Shown piece by piece: positions 13,808 through 24,996 of a DNA stretch of 64,000 nt. The notes under the pieces are model-generated. The model did no database searches. It saw nothing but the letters and a program-made list of their open reading frames with translations, and was not told where the DNA came from. Positions within the stretch are counted from its first letter, which is position 1. Every line of letters starts with the position of its first letter. Source of the DNA: Octopus sinensis (Eukaryota); the NCBI RefSeq assembly GCF_006345805.1, contig NC_042997.1, positions 96,162,001-96,226,000 on the forward strand. Reading direction: 5' to 3'. The translations under genes and the position numbers were made by a program.

Positions 13808-14086
13808 TTAAGGAATGGAGTAGATAAGATCCGGGCTACAAATGTTTCATGGCAAGCGGAATCTCAGAAGTGGTAAATATCCAAGCGAGGTGTATACCGC
13901 AGGTTACTCCTCAGTCCAAGGATACCTTGGTTAAATGGATAATTACCATGTTGCATGGAGGTACATGTTAACATACAGTAAATTCGCAAGGAGGTACATG
14001 TTAACACATGTAACATATTTACCAGTTCTGAGATTCCCCTCACCATGAAACATATGAACCCTGGATCTTATCTACTCCATTCTTAA
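13808..14086. mobile_element. MITE with ~72-bp TIRs bounded by TTAA (Kolobok-like purine termini)
   Basis: 13808-13880 and 14015-14086 are inverted copies (ttaaggaatggagtagataagatcc vs ggatcttatctactccattcttaa); internal 17-bp direct repeat ggaggtacatgttaaca. Confidence 0.75.
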
Positions 14087-16009
14087 CTGATGTAAAATTA
14101 TTCGCATACCCGGCAACCCTGGTTGCCTACCGTGAAATATAAAAAGAACTTCTTTTCAGTTTATCGTACTTCGATCCGAAAAATAATCCGCAACCTACCG
14201 TCTCAAATAACCACTAGTATCAATGAAGGTTACTCCTCAACTTTCAAGCAACTACGGATTGCTTGAAACTAACTTTCTTCGCACACCTCGACCCCTGAAC
14301 CTTTTCTATATCTATAAAAAACATAATGTGTGCATGCATATGTTTCGTATGTATTCCAAAACCGAGTTGCCGATTTTCACAATCGACTATCAAATGATTC
14401 AGTACTATTTCCTCTACCAACTAAACCTTATTTTCATTCACATATTTAAATTGCAGAAACTTTAAATTATAATCTTGGCCATAAGTCAACTATTGTAAAC
14501 ATTTTATGCGACGACGATGACGTCACATTTTCTGTATGAGTGTGTACCTTCAAAGACATCCATCATTACGACGCACACACCTTCACTCACTCACTTTCTC
14601 TCTCTCTCTCTCTCGCACACACACACACACACGTGCGTACGCGCGTACAAACACGCACACACATTCACTCACTCACACGCGCGTCCATTTCATATACGCG
14701 TACATACATGTTTCACTTCCTGCTCTCTCTCCCCTTTTCACTTTCTCTTTTCTTTCAGTTTCTGCTCTCTTCAAAGCATAAAGAAATAAATGTTTACGTA
14801 ATGACCGAGAGATGCGCTGAAAACAGACAAAGAGACAAAGAGACAAGAGAAAGAAGCAGAAACAGAAAATTAGTTTCTATAGGTGAATTTGAAAGAGCGG
14901 ATATCGGGTGAGAGAGAGATGCAGATGCTTCATACCGTATGTATGTTCTATAGTTGAAAGTCAAAGAAATCCGAGACTAAGTTGATACTGTATTTTCTGT
15001 AGGTGAAGTTGAAAGAAAACCGGCACAAAGACAGTAAGAAAGCGGGAGAGAAGGGGAGAATTAGGCATATCACTCTCTTTCAATTTCTCATTATAATGTA
15101 CGGAGACATTATGCTGTCAACAAGTCACAACTTTCCACTAATTAATTAGAATGAAGAAAGGTATGTATAAAATAACTTCCTTTCGTACACACACACGTGC
15201 GCACACACAAACATACACACATACAGTTTAAGTTCTGCATGGATTATGTTATTTCTTGCTGTGCGCTAAATTACATCTCAAAGCCTATGGAAATTACCTT
15301 TTCCTATTCTGTCATTCCTGTTCGTGATGAACGTATTTCAAAACCTGAATTGTTTCTAGAATGTCCGAGATGATATTTGCGTGCCCCCCCCCCTTATTTC
15401 TTTCCTCAATTTACTCACATTCCTATGTTTTGGGGCGAGATTTGCATTTCGCCCCAAACGAATAGCTGATGGGTGGCCGAGAAGGGGGAAGGGGCATTCA
15501 GTATTTCTTTCAGAAAAATTAAACTTTCGAAAACAAATTACATTTCCCAGATTCGTAATCTCTCTTTGCTCACGTATATAACAATCAACATACGAAAGAC
15601 AGTTAAAAATTATGAAATTTCACTGTGTATGGCAGAAATTATAATTTTGAAAACGTGATTTCTGGTCAAAATGACATTAACCCCTTTTTATTCGATGAAA
15701 CAGTATATAGTTTGTGATCCTTAAGAACATAAATCACTTCCATGCAAAGTGGATCATCCCCCTTCACTTATAGGCAAACAGTAATTTCTATTACACCAGT
15801 AATCCACTCCACTATATTATATATCAGCTAACAGAATGCATTACGCTTATCAACACAGAACATAGCCAAGTCATTTAGAGTTTACCACTTCTTCTTATAA
15901 TAAAAGCATTCAAATTGACATATGCATTTTTCCACATCTCTTCATTCGTTTCTAAAAAATGCAGAACTTCAAATTGCTGTCTTCCATCTTATATATTTCT
16001 TAACTGTTC

Positions 16010-18010
16010 GCTCTTTTCGGCCATACCAACGAAACGAAGACATTCTAATTTATCTCCGCAAACAAGTGCCTCAAAGGAAACTGCCTATATTCGTGCTGAA
16101 GATCACTCACTTCAACATGAACAGCGCCTACTTTCTAATAGACAAAGAGCTGCAGCAATGTGGGCGCCAGCGTCTCATACTGAACGATTGCAACGACTTT
16201 CAAAAACCAGGCGTAGAACAACAGCAACAAGAACATCCGTGTCTGAGGTAGACCGCCGGATGCATCTTCTTCATAATCGAGTCTCAGGTAACACATTCCA
16301 TACGTCTTCTTCGAAACGGACGTAGAACTTCAGCAACCAGAGCAGATGATTCTCAGGAAGCACATCCCACATGTTTACTACGAAACAGACGTACAACTAC
16401 AACAACCTGATCTGCTGAGTCTAAGGAACCCCGTTCGGCACGCCATACACTGAATCGACGTAGAACTTCAACAAGCCAAGCAGCTGAGTCTCACAAAAAG
16501 CGTGCCCAGCACCCCTTACAATCATCCAATAGCTAAGCATCTATTAGGATAAATCGCAATATAGACTGTGTTACTATAACGAGTTCGTATGTCCAACATA
16601 TAAAGCCTGCCGCCCCTACGCGTGTTGCAATGGAATGTGCATTTTGCTCTTAGATATGATCATAATTTAGAATACAGTGAAGATCCTACTGTAAGAGTAA
16701 GCGGGCTATCGCATCTGTGTAGGTTCTGTGGGACAAAGAAGTTTACGTGGAAGTCCTGGAATGTGTTGCTCTGGAGGCAAGGTTCAGGTTTTCGTTTTAC
16801 AATTTCCTTCACAGCCATTATTCGACTTGCTAAGTGGGTGTATTCCAGAATCAAACTACTTCCTCTCCAACATTCCGCTTTCCAGATGACATCTTTTGAC
16901 GCGACTAAAAAAATAGCAAAGAAAGGATTTCATACGACATTCAGAGTTCAAGGGCAAGTGAACCACTTGATAGGGTCACTTCTACAACCCAGCGATGGTA
17001 GAATTTCTGCAAATTTCCTTTATGGAAAACAACCAGCAGCACTTAAAGAGACGCTGTTAAATAACAACCTTGCATGAGGACATCGTTTCTGCTCTCCAGA
17101 CCATGATTTTGGCCCACAATAATCTGATTCCACAGCTCAAAGTTGCAGTAGATCGGACACAAAATTCAAAAGACTTCACACTAGCCATAAGAGCCGACAC
17201 AAAACCCGTTGGAGAGCACTCAGGTCGATACAATGCCCTTGCAGGGGATTTCCGTCAAATATTTGCAGTCATAATTCGGGGTACGTGAGCTGACGATATT
17301 TATACGTGATTGAAGACTTCACCTCTGTGGAGGGTTGTTCATCAGCTTTCGTTTAGCAAGAATATACGAGTTCATCTCTACAACAAGCCCTTAACTGAGG
17401 AATTCTCTCATCAACTTCTACAAATTGAAAATGGTGCCTTACCGTTGAATAACACTCTGCAGCAGCATGTACTGCAATGTGGACAGATGGTGTTTACATT
17501 GGCTGAGCTTAAAGAAAAGGTATTTCACAAATTGCAAGACAACTTCAAAAACTTAGCATGGTTCGCAGAGAGAGCTATTTTAGCACCTCGGAATGAAAGT
17601 GCTGATAAAGTAAACCATGAACTCCTCCACATTCCAGCTGTAGATGCTTCAACGTCTATCTCGATTAATACTACAATGACAAGTAACTACAATGACAAGT
17701 CATGTCCTAGATGCAACCATTATTGCTGGCTACCATCGAGGAGAGATCGCATACATTACACGCATGCCCCTTATTCCCTCAAATGTGCCATTTCAGTTCA
17801 AGCGCTTCCAGACCCCAGTGCGATTTTGCTTCTCTATGACAATCAAAAAAGCCCAGGGTCAAACATTTAAAATTGTGGATCTCAATATACAAATACCCTG
17901 CTTTTCTCAATAATTAAAAACCCTGCTTGTCACATGCTCTCGAGTTAGCAGTGCAGACGACTTGCATATTTATTTACCAACACTGAACTTACGCAAAACA
18001 TAGTTTACCC
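16010..18010 (+). pseudogene. Helitron RepHel pseudogene, internally deleted; the element may span ~14311-18140
   Basis: PTKRRHSNLS start, ~25-aa R-rich repeats, a CxxC region, SAFQMTSF..TFRVQGQV, GEHSGRYNA, then PIF1 motifs LAGDFRQ, ERAILAPRN, FQFKRFQ.PVRFCFSMTIKKAQGQT and CSRV; many frameshifts. Candidate ends are A|TCtataaaaa at 14311 and gatactgctac near 18140. Confidence 0.9.
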
Positions 18011-18269
18011 AGGTTTATCGTCGGCTTCACTTAACATGTTGAAGTGTACAGTCTGCCCAAATGTTAAAGAAATAGTGTGTTTAACAATGAAGCAGATTTC
18101 TTTCCAGGTACCTTACTTTCTGTAATACGGATACTGCTACGTCTTCATTCGTCATCCAGTTCTTTACATCCCTAAATCTAGGTCATTTTGGGGGCAATGT
18201 TAAGATTTCATTCTAATCTAAGCTGCTATTCTACATGTTTTTGGTGTCAACAATTTCAGTAAATATCTC

Positions 18270-18630
18270 CTTCGGGTAAAACCACGAATAGAAGAGAATA
18301 TGATCAAAAATTGCATGTACTCCATCCCATGCAGTTGTAGTAGGTTATACAAAGGCGAAACATTCCGCCTTCCCTCAAAATAAGGGTAGAAGAACATCTC
18401 AAAGCTGTGACACAAGGAGATATTGATAAATCGCGTATAGCTGATCATGTATGGTAAAATGGAGACCAACTTCCCCTGTGGGATAAAGTTAAATTAATAG
18501 ACAAAGACCACCACTGGAAAATACGAAAACTAAAAGAAGCAGCACATATGATAGGACACAACAACCTCCTAAGCAGACCGAGTGCAGATATGAATAGCAA
18601 ATGGGAACCGGTATTAAGGAAAGACAAGAA
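18270..18630 (+). pseudogene. Penelope-like element GIY-YIG endonuclease fragment
   Basis: Translation YSIPCSCSRLYKGET..RVEEHLKAV..KSRIADHVW..WDKVKLIDKDHHWKIRKLKEAAHM..KWEPVL. Confidence 0.85.
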
Positions 18631-19233
18631 AATATTAGATTTATAAACCCTAAAAATTCACTCTGTATTTCCCCACGGGCATATGGCGTAGTGGTTAAGA
18701 GGGCGGGCTACTAATTGTTATTATCTCGTATATCATTAGCCTGTTATTACGTAACATGCTTCAATATTTTTTGCATTCTTACAATCGGGTGACTAAATCA
18801 AGCTTATTACATAACTGAATCCACAATTTGGGTATCCATAACTTAGGAGGAATTCCTAAAAGCAAGATCCTGTGTAAGACAATTTGGTATTCTCTGTAAA
18901 TACACAAAAACCTTAAGAGCTACATACATTGTATGGTTGTTATTGGATTAGCAAAACAATTATGAGAAAAGGAAAATTTTTGCTGCTATTTTTTGCATTC
19001 CCTGCCACCACGTAACAGGAGTTTCGGATCCTTTATTGCAAGGAGTGCTGGAAATAGCAGCCAAATCTTTGGGGCTGAAATACGTTGAATGCACTCGAAA
19101 AAAGTTTTGTAATTTTATAGTACTCCCTTGGGGCGATCTTTCGCTTTCACTCTCAGATTTGTTACTTTCACTTTTCGAACTGTCATCCAGATCATTAATT
19201 TCCGTAATTTTTATTTATTTATTTGCTTTCGCT

Positions 19234-19600
19234 TTAATGTGAAAGAGAGGAGAAAGTGAAAGATATATGAACGTGTATATGAAATGAACGTGTGTGTATG
19301 TGAGTGAGAGAGTGCCACTTACACATACATGAGAACACGCACGTTCACTTACTCTCTCTCTCACACACACACGCACACATGCACACGTTCATACAAAAAA
19401 TATGTACGCATATGTATTGATGTATGTACGTATACATTACAACACACCGCTTCATTCAATCTTTCTCCCTCTCTTTCTCGTCTCTCTTTCTCTCTCTCTC
19501 TCACTCTCTCTTTCTCTCTGTATCTCTCCCTTCTCTTTCACACCCACGTCCATTTCATATAAACGTATATAGATCTTTCACATTCTACTCTCACTTTAAA
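19234..19600. repeat. Short inverted-repeat (MITE-like) unit, ~65-bp arms around a CA/CT-rich spacer
   Basis: gagaggagaaagtgaaagatatatgaacgtgtatatgaaatgaacgtg vs cacgtccatttcatataaacgtatatagatctttcacattctactctc; a related arm lies near 14660-14760. Confidence 0.5.
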
Positions 19601-19983
19601 ACAAAAGTAAATAGATAAAAAAATCTTACAGAAATTAATTACTTGAAAATAATAAAACGATATTAAATTATTTTCTGTTTAAAGAAAGCTAAGACATAAA
19701 TACTTAATATAAAACAATTTACATTTTTGAAATCTCATTCTCTTAAAAATATTTCTAAATGATTAAAATACTGTGTACGTCAAAATGTCGACGTTTTTTT
19801 TCTTAGGGAGCGTAAAGACTGCGTGCATGCATATGGCACCGATAGCGGACGGGTGTTTGTCTCGATTGGCATGCCATGACAGTATGTGTATTCTGTATGT
19901 GTGTCTGTTGACGTCACGGAAGCCATGTTTATTTTCGTCAAGAAATATCAAACAAAATTGTGCTTACTCGTTGTTTTCATTAA

Positions 19984-20389
19984 TAAATAGAGGTCCCAAT
20001 GTCACAAAAATTTGTTCTGCCCTGCCGAAGGTAAGTATGGTAATAAATATACAAAAAAAGCAAAACAACATAAGATAAAATATAATATTTCTGAGATATT
20101 ACGGGAACAGATTATTAAGATATATATAGAACGCTGCGTTTCAACAAAAAAAGTACCTACTATTTTCTACATCAGTGAATAAGCAACATGACATGTTTAT
20201 GGATTTAATCAAAAAGAAGCAGTTTGTTACGCACAAAAAAGAATATTATACTCTGTTCCGTTTCATGAGGGAGATTTCACAATACAATGTTGACCTACAA
20301 GTACGGCTATCTTGGTACGTCAATGTATGTATGATATATACACATACATACATACATATATATATATATACATATATATATATATTATA

Positions 20390-20462
<73 letters not shown>

Positions 20463-20504
20463 GTATGTATGTATGTATGTGTATATATCATACATATATA
20501 TATG

Positions 20505-20570
<66 letters not shown>

Positions 20571-20945
20571 GTATGTATGTATGTATGTGTATATATCATA
20601 CGTACATTGACGTACCAAGATAGCCGTACTTGTAGGTCAACATTGTATTGTGAAATCTCCGTCATGAAACGGAACAGAGTATAATAATTCTTTTTTGTGC
20701 GTAACAAACTGCTTCTTTTTGATTAAATCCATAAACATGTCATGTTGGTTATTCACTGATGTAGAAAATAGTAGGTACTTTTTTTGTTGAAACGCAGCGT
20801 TCTATATATATCTTAATAATCTGTTCCCGTAATATCTCAGAAATATTATATTTTATCTTATGTTGTTTTGCTGTTTTTGTATATTTATTACCATACTTAC
20901 CTTCGGCAGGGCAGAACAAATTTTTGTGACATCGGGACCTCTATT

Positions 20946-20947
<2 letters not shown>
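19984..20947. mobile_element. Young foldback element: ~375-bp near-identical inverted arms around a (TA)/(TATG) spacer
   Basis: I count about 6 differences over ~360 bp between 19984-20365 and the reverse complement of 20565-20947; TA on both flanks. Confidence 0.9.
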
Positions 20948-20995
<48 letters not shown>

Positions 20996-21063
20996 TGTAT
21001 GTATGTGAGTGTATATATATATTTATGTATATATATGTATGTGTATATATATATATGTATGTA

Positions 21064-21110
<47 letters not shown>

Positions 21111-21151
21111 ATACTTATAAACACACATATATACATATACATATATATATA

Positions 21152-21183
<32 letters not shown>

Positions 21184-21190
<7 letters not shown>

Positions 21191-21475
21191 ATAATAGAAA
21201 TATTAAAATTACTAAGTCTCTCTAAAGGAGATTACGGCAGCGTTACTGGAAATAAATAGTTATCGCATACTAATATGGCAGTCTTATAAATATTAGACTA
21301 AAGCTGTCGCTGATTAGCTCCAAGAGGCCACCGCCTCTAGCTAGCTATTTGACACACAACCTGCGTTCATTACAAACCTTCGAACAGGGGAGGTCAGCCG
21401 CTTCATCCTGCTAGTCAGACAGCTGCAGACACGTTTCAGGGTTGATGCCCTTTATCAATGCAGCGTAGTCAGCGT
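21184..21475 (-). mobile_element. Hammerhead-bearing repeat (Penelope pLTR/retrozyme-like), copy 1
   Basis: Inverted relative to 23369-23613 and direct relative to 23265-23361; contains the ribozyme motif at 21422-21464. Confidence 0.75.
21422..21464 (-). ncRNA. Minimal type I hammerhead ribozyme, U3:A8 variant
   Basis: Reverse complement: gctgca-TTGATAA-aggg(catcaa)ccct-GAAAC-gt-GTC-tgcagc; 6-bp stem I, 4-bp stem II, 2-bp stem III, GUC cleavage triplet. Confidence 0.8.
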
Positions 21476-21610
21476 AGTTATCTTTATTATAGGCACGATT
21501 ATTTAGAATAAATAAAGGGATGATTACAGCCAAGGGAGCACTTGTTCTATACCTAATATATAGGGAAAATATTATTTCCCTAAATCAGTCGGTATATATT
21601 ATGCGTATAA

Positions 21611-23027
21611 TCCGTATTCAATTAATAGGAGAAAATGTGTTGTTGAAAGGTAATAATTATTTATTAATAAATTGATAATTTTTACTTCCTACAGCTGTTT
21701 CCATTTGTGCGCATTAAATAAATTACAAACTGATGCCTTTAATTTGCATTTATAAGGTATGAACAACATATCATCAGGGAAAAAGATATACAATAAAATA
21801 TTAGCCTATACTGGTATGACAGGCTAGCGTTATTGAAAAAGTTTTATAATTATATCTATAAACATTGAGATTACTGTTATTGATTATACCACTTTTAAAA
21901 CGTAATATGTTCGACTTTATTATCCCAGAGTACATAAATTTCTGAATATTACCTTTAAAATTTTACAGATGATTGAAAATAGGTTAAAAATAAAGAATAA
22001 AACTCTTTTCAAGTAGGAATGGAAATACTCGGTGTCCTATAAATAGGACACAGAGACAATGTGACGTAGTTTATTTAATGTTCTTATTTAGTGTCCTATT
22101 TATAGGACAGTGGGACTTAATGGGTTAAATTAACATCTAAAATTCTAACAATATCCTAAACAATAATTAATAATAGTCATTAATAATTTGATTGAGATTA
22201 ACTTAATCACTATGTACTAAATAGATTTTGTAACTATTTCTATTAACACTAATTGTGATGAAATAACGTAACAAATTTCTATGTAAAACTAACACAACAG
22301 TCTTTCTATATTTATAACTATCTAAATATTTATAAATTTTATCTTACAATACATAATATCATCGTCCTTTCAATTTACGTTAATGTTAATTTTAAACTAT
22401 AATTAGCAATACTTATTAACTAAATAATATAAAAGAACTAAATTCCCATATATTGATAATGTCCCATAATTCGTTCTATAAACTACATTTGTGGTGACGC
22501 AATGCGCAAAATCTTTATCAATCTAGACTGTAAGCAAATAGTATATATTCATTGCGCCAAGTATACAGTAGATAAATAACTATGCTTATCCTTTTTTGAA
22601 TTGTTTCATTTTAATTTTGCTCTATTTTTAGTTATTTTAATTTTATCTCATTTATTTTATATTTCATACCTTCTATTGTTATTTTAATTTTATTTTAATT
22701 TTACATTATTATTTATTTTTCTGTATTTCGTATTATATTAAAATTAATCAGTTAAACCTCTCGCATACGCAAAAAGGAAATAAAAATTACTCCATATATC
22801 TAGCTTGCTGGTATGAACTACGGGGTCAACATGTAATCTTTTATTGTATATATTTTGCCCTGATGATATTTTGCACATACCTTATAAATGCGAATTTAAA
22901 TCATAAATTTGTAGCTTATTTAATGAGCACAAATGGAAAAAGCTGTAGAAAGTAGGAATTATCAATTTATTAATAAATAATTAACTTTCAGCTAACCATT
23001 TACTTTTCTTCTGTTAATTGAATACGG
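21611..23027. mobile_element. Non-autonomous Tc1/pogo-type TIR element inserted into the hammerhead-repeat array
   Basis: ~24-bp TIR ccgtattcaattaaYagRagaaaa at both ends; the right end is followed by TA and the left flank is AT. Confidence 0.55.
22030..22128. mobile_element. Solitary piggyBac-like terminus with palindromic subterminal repeats
   Basis: Two TGTCCTAT(A/T)(A/T)ATAGGACA palindromes followed by gggacttaatggg-TTAA; the partner end was not found. Confidence 0.45.
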
Positions 23028-23130
23028 TATATATATATATATATATTAATAGTTATCGCCATACTAATATGGTGATAACTATTAATATATATACAGGGGA
23101 GGTCAGCACCTTCATCCTGCTAGTCAGAAA

Positions 23131-23173
23131 GCTGCAGACATGTTTCAGGGTTGTTGCCCTTTATCAATGCAGC
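23131..23173 (-). ncRNA. Minimal type I hammerhead ribozyme, U3:A8 variant, copy 2
   Basis: Reverse complement: gctgca-TTGATAA-aggg(caacaa)ccct-GAAAC-at-GTC-tgcagc; stem III and loop form the palindrome ACATGT. Confidence 0.8.
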
Positions 23174-23374
23174 GTAGTCAGACACGCAGGTGTCGCTACT
23201 GACCGTCTCTGTTCGAAGATTTTATTTACCTAGTTACAGTGGAATACGTCCATTTGTTTTCAATAATAGAAATATTAAAATTACTAAGTCTCTCTAAAGG
23301 AGATTACGGCAGCGTTGCTGGACATTAATAGTTATCGCCATACTAATATGGCAGTCTTATAAATATAAGACTAC

Positions 23375-23417
23375 GCTGCATTGATAATGGGCAACAACCC
23401 TGAAACATGTCTGCAGC
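23375..23417 (+). ncRNA. Minimal type I hammerhead ribozyme, U3:A8 variant, copy 3
   Basis: gctgca-TTGATAA-tggg(caacaa)ccct-GAAAC-at-GTC-tgcagc; the first pair of stem II is a U-U mismatch; predicted cleavage after 23411. Confidence 0.7.
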
Positions 23418-23704
23418 TGTCTGACTAGCAGGATGAAGCGACTGACCTCCCCTGTTCGGAGGTTTGTAATGGACGCAGGTTGTGTGTCAAATAGCTATCT
23501 TGAGGCGGTGGCCTCTTGGAGCTAATCAGCGACAGCTTTAGTCTAATGTTTATAAGACTGCCATATTAGTATCGCGATAACTATTAATTTCCAGTAACGC
23601 TGCCGTAATCTCCTAGGTAAATAAAGCGTTATTGTTGAGTCGCGGTTGTGAGATCGAATTCGTGGGTGGAAGCGGTTGCGGCGTAGGGAATTTTTTTCTC
23701 AAAA

Positions 23705-24996
23705 ATGCAAACCCAAACGTATGCGGGAGCGGCAGGCAAGGGCCTGGCTGCGAGCGAACTACAGTTGGAAGAGGTTACAGTCGAGAAGGAGATTTCGAAG
23801 AATTATTTCGACAGCTTGAAGAGAGAAGGTGACTGTGTGAAGATCACACCACCTGAAGAAGAAGCGAAAGACGCAGAGAAACGTATTATAACATACAGAA
23901 CGTGGAACGTGGCTTCAAATAAAGTAGAAGTGGTACCGATAGAGGAAACTGAGCGCTGTCTGAAAGGAGTTGAAGGAGAACCTACCTTCTATAATAGAGG
24001 TAGAAAATACGCAATAGTGGTCGTTTTAAAAACGAAGACGAAACGAAGAAGAACGCCACGCAAATACTGAAAACAGAAAAATGGAAAAAGGGCAGTAAGA
24101 ATACGAATCAGTAAGATTTCGCCGGAGCTGAACATGGAAAGAATCTTAGCGGCAGTGGTATTCAACTGCAAAGAAAGCGTTGAAATATTGAAAGTAGAAA
24201 AATTGAAAGATGTACTGTGGTGGGGTTATGCGGTGCAGGCTTTGGTTCATATAACCATACCAGACCTGTATAACATCCCAGAGGATTGGTGTTCCCCGAC
24301 GAGACGAGACTCAGAGTCGTGGTAGAGGGGAGACCACCAGTGAGCTACAAGTGTGAAATTAGAGGCCACATGAAAGATGTGTGTCCGACGAGAACATTGG
24401 AAGCTCGGACAGAGATATTGCAAATGGCGGATGAAAAATGTGTAAAAACAGAAAATGAGGAAAGTGGTGACGAGTTGGAGAAAGAAATGGAAAAAACAGA
24501 AGGAAAAGAAGATAGAAAGAGAGCGAGGGTGGAATCACCATCTAAAGTTCAAAAAAAGAAAAAAGCGAAAAATAAGACTACAGACGAGATGGAAGATCGA
24601 ACGTGTGAAGATAAGAATACAAAAGTGAAAGCGAGAGAACCGGCAAATTTAACGCCAGACCAAGAATGGGGAAGAAGAGTGGAAGAGAAGTTAAAAGTAT
24701 GTAAGGAGGGAAGAAGACCCGAAGGAAAAAATCTTAAGGTAATAATATTGTATATGAAAGACAAAGAAATCGAAAAAAGACTGGCAGGTAAGAAAGGTTT
24801 AATCAGGTTTAGGCTGAACCCAAAATTATTTGATGACCAAGTGAAGTCAGCAGTTGTAGAGAAAGAGACATTTATAAAATTGAAAAGTGTGTTTTCGACT
24901 GTTTGTGAAATGCAATATATCCGTTACGACAGTTTGCCAGCGATTGCAGACCAGGATAAGTTAATAGAATACATTACAGATGAACGCCCAGTATAG
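23705..24996 (+). pseudogene. Gag-like/LINE ORF1 (L1/Tx1-type) with a zinc knuckle, frameshifted; part of an ORF1-only element at ~23626-25172
   Basis: TYAGAAG start; frame-switched RFKNEDE..ILKTEKW and AVRIRISKISPE; VVEGRPPV[S]YKCEIRGHMKDVC is a CCHC knuckle with its first Cys replaced; K/E-rich C-terminal half; at least 3 frameshifts; no ORF2 before the tail cctataataaaga. Confidence 0.75.

Noticed and set aside
15428-15459. Hairpin with the octamer ATTTGCAT in its loop
   Set aside because: No snRNA gene or promoter context; lies within a probable Helitron interior
18676-18716. tRNA-like 5' half gggcatatggcgtagtggttaagag
   Set aside because: Truncated SINE head with no B box or 3' half; not a tRNA gene
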